A DNA stretch of 64,000 bases from Octopus sinensis (Eukaryota). Position 1 is the first letter of the stretch. Each line of letters starts with the position of its first letter. Where the stretch lies: the NCBI RefSeq assembly GCF_006345805.1, contig NC_042997.1, forward strand, positions 182,032,001 through 182,096,000. Direction: 5' to 3'. The translations under genes were made by a program, and so were the position numbers. Below the pieces are notes generated by a model. That model searched no databases. It saw only the letters and a list, made by a program, of their open reading frames with translations, and had not been told where the DNA came from. Positions 61,989-64,000 of the stretch are shown here, piece after piece.

Positions 61989-62396
61989 TATAGTGCATGT
62001 GTGCGTACGCCTATATGTGTATATATAAGTGTATATCTATGTTGTACACATACATTTATAGAGAAACAAAGTTAAATGCATTTTAACCTAAGCTAATGTA
62101 GTGTCAGCTCCCTAAATAGCATCTCCGGTTCATGTTTGTTGAGACCTTTAATGCATAATGCTATGAAATTGCTAGAGACCCCACCTTGTTCAATTATTCA
62201 GTGTGGAAACTGATTATGTGAGTTATTACCCTTCCCCTCCCACTCGTTCCTTTCTCTCTCCTCTTTGACCTACTCGTTTCTAACTCCCGTACTCGAGTTA
62301 CGTCTCATTTTCCATTCATATTCCATCTCTCTTTCTCTCTCTCTCTCTCTCTGACTACTTCCTTTTCTAAATTGGTCATTGAAATCTCTCTCTTTG

Positions 62397-62450
<54 letters not shown>

Positions 62451-62582
62451 CCCCCTCGAAAAAATAACTCTACATTGTAATTGTCCCCTCTATGTCTAGC
62501 CCTGTGTGGCCAATAAAGAAAGTTATCTCTCTCTCTTCTCTCTATCTATCTATCTATCTATCGATATAAGTAATTTCTCTCC

Positions 62583-62622
<40 letters not shown>

Positions 62623-62637
62623 TCTATCTATGTAATT

Positions 62638-62672
<35 letters not shown>

Positions 62673-62678
62673 GTAATT

Positions 62679-62713
<35 letters not shown>

Positions 62714-63619
62714 ACCTTCATTCAATCATCCTTTATTCCTCAAAAATATCTCTTTATTTCACACAGGCTTTTTCTCTCTCTCTCTTTGCTTTCACTGACT
62801 CCTCCCTCTCTATTTCATTCATTCTTTCACATCTTCATTCACTCTACTCTCTCTTTCTACTTCCTTATTTTCCTCTTTATGTTTCTCTCTCTCTATACAT
62901 ATATCTGTCATTCTCTTTCGTATCCGTTATTCTTTCTCTCACTCTCTCTTCCCGTCTCCTCCCCCCTCTCCTAACCCCTCATCCTCCTCCCCTCTTCCGA
63001 CTTCCCTTCCTCTTCTCTGAGCCTTTCATATTCACCGTTCTTCCCTTCGTGTTCCCTTTTCCTTCCTGACATGTATTTCGGCTCATCTGCTTTCTTCTTT
63101 CCCTCTTCCACTGCCACACCTTCCACTCTTTATACATATACACACATACACCCCATATACATATATGGCCATATATGCACATACATCCACACACACACAC
63201 ACACACATACGAACATATATACAAATATACATACATTTATATATATATATTTATATATCTATCAATCTATATATATGTATGTATGTGTATATGTATCTAT
63301 GTTTGTGTGTGTGCGCGCTTGCGCACGTCTGTGTACATACAGCACTTTTATTTTTAAAAGTATTTTTCACGTAGGCGCACGCATGGTTGTATACTCTTAC
63401 TCTTTTACTTGTTTCAGTCATTTGACTATGGCCATGTTGGAGCACCGCCTTTAGTCGAGCAAATCGACTCCAGGACTTATTCGTTGTAAGCCTAGTACTT
63501 ATTCTATCGTTCTTTTTCTGCCGAACCGCTAAGTTACGGGGACGTAAACACACCACCATCGGTTGACAAGCGATGCTGGGGAGACAAACACAGACACACA
63601 AACACACAAACATACACAT

Positions 63620-63676
<57 letters not shown>

Positions 63677-63894
63677 TATACGACGGGCTTCTTTCAGTTT
63701 CCGTCTACCAAATCCATACACAAGGCTTTGGTCGGCCCGAGGCTATAGTAAATGAAGAAGCTCGCTTTGCAGCCTTGTGGCTTCAGGTTCAGTCCCACTG
63801 CGCGACACTTTGAGTAAGTATTTGCTATTGTAGCCCTGGGCCGATCAATGCCCTGTGAGTGAAATTGGTTGACGGAATCTGTGTGAAAGCCAAG

Positions 63895-63966
<72 letters not shown>

Positions 63967-64000
63967 TACACACATGTATATGCGTGTTTGTGCTTTCCTT

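Overview
Repeat-dense animal genomic DNA. The tRNA-derived SINE families, RTE/CR1/Penelope retroelements and abundant microsatellites look like a coleoid cephalopod, probably Octopus (inference). I reconstructed five minus-strand, phase-compatible coding exons (51000-50922, 44199-43830, 41346-41263, 31033-30918, 18306-17896). They encode the C-terminal two-thirds of a divergent nAChR-like Cys-loop channel subunit that lacks the canonical acetylcholine-binding residues and has an unusual M2. I did not find its N-terminal exons in the window. Its introns hold two hammerhead-ribozyme systems. One is a 359-nt retrozyme-like tandem/inverted array (46482-47629). The other is a 5'-truncated, very AT-rich Penelope-like element with an inverted copy of its 3' end (32251-37813). 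The introns also contain several fold-back elements. A few phase-compatible candidate exons of a second, unidentified minus-strand gene lie at 3-12 kb. The rest is SINEs, LINE fragments, mariner/Merlin/hAT/Helitron remnants and simple repeats. Most ORFs in the supplied track are microsatellite artefacts.
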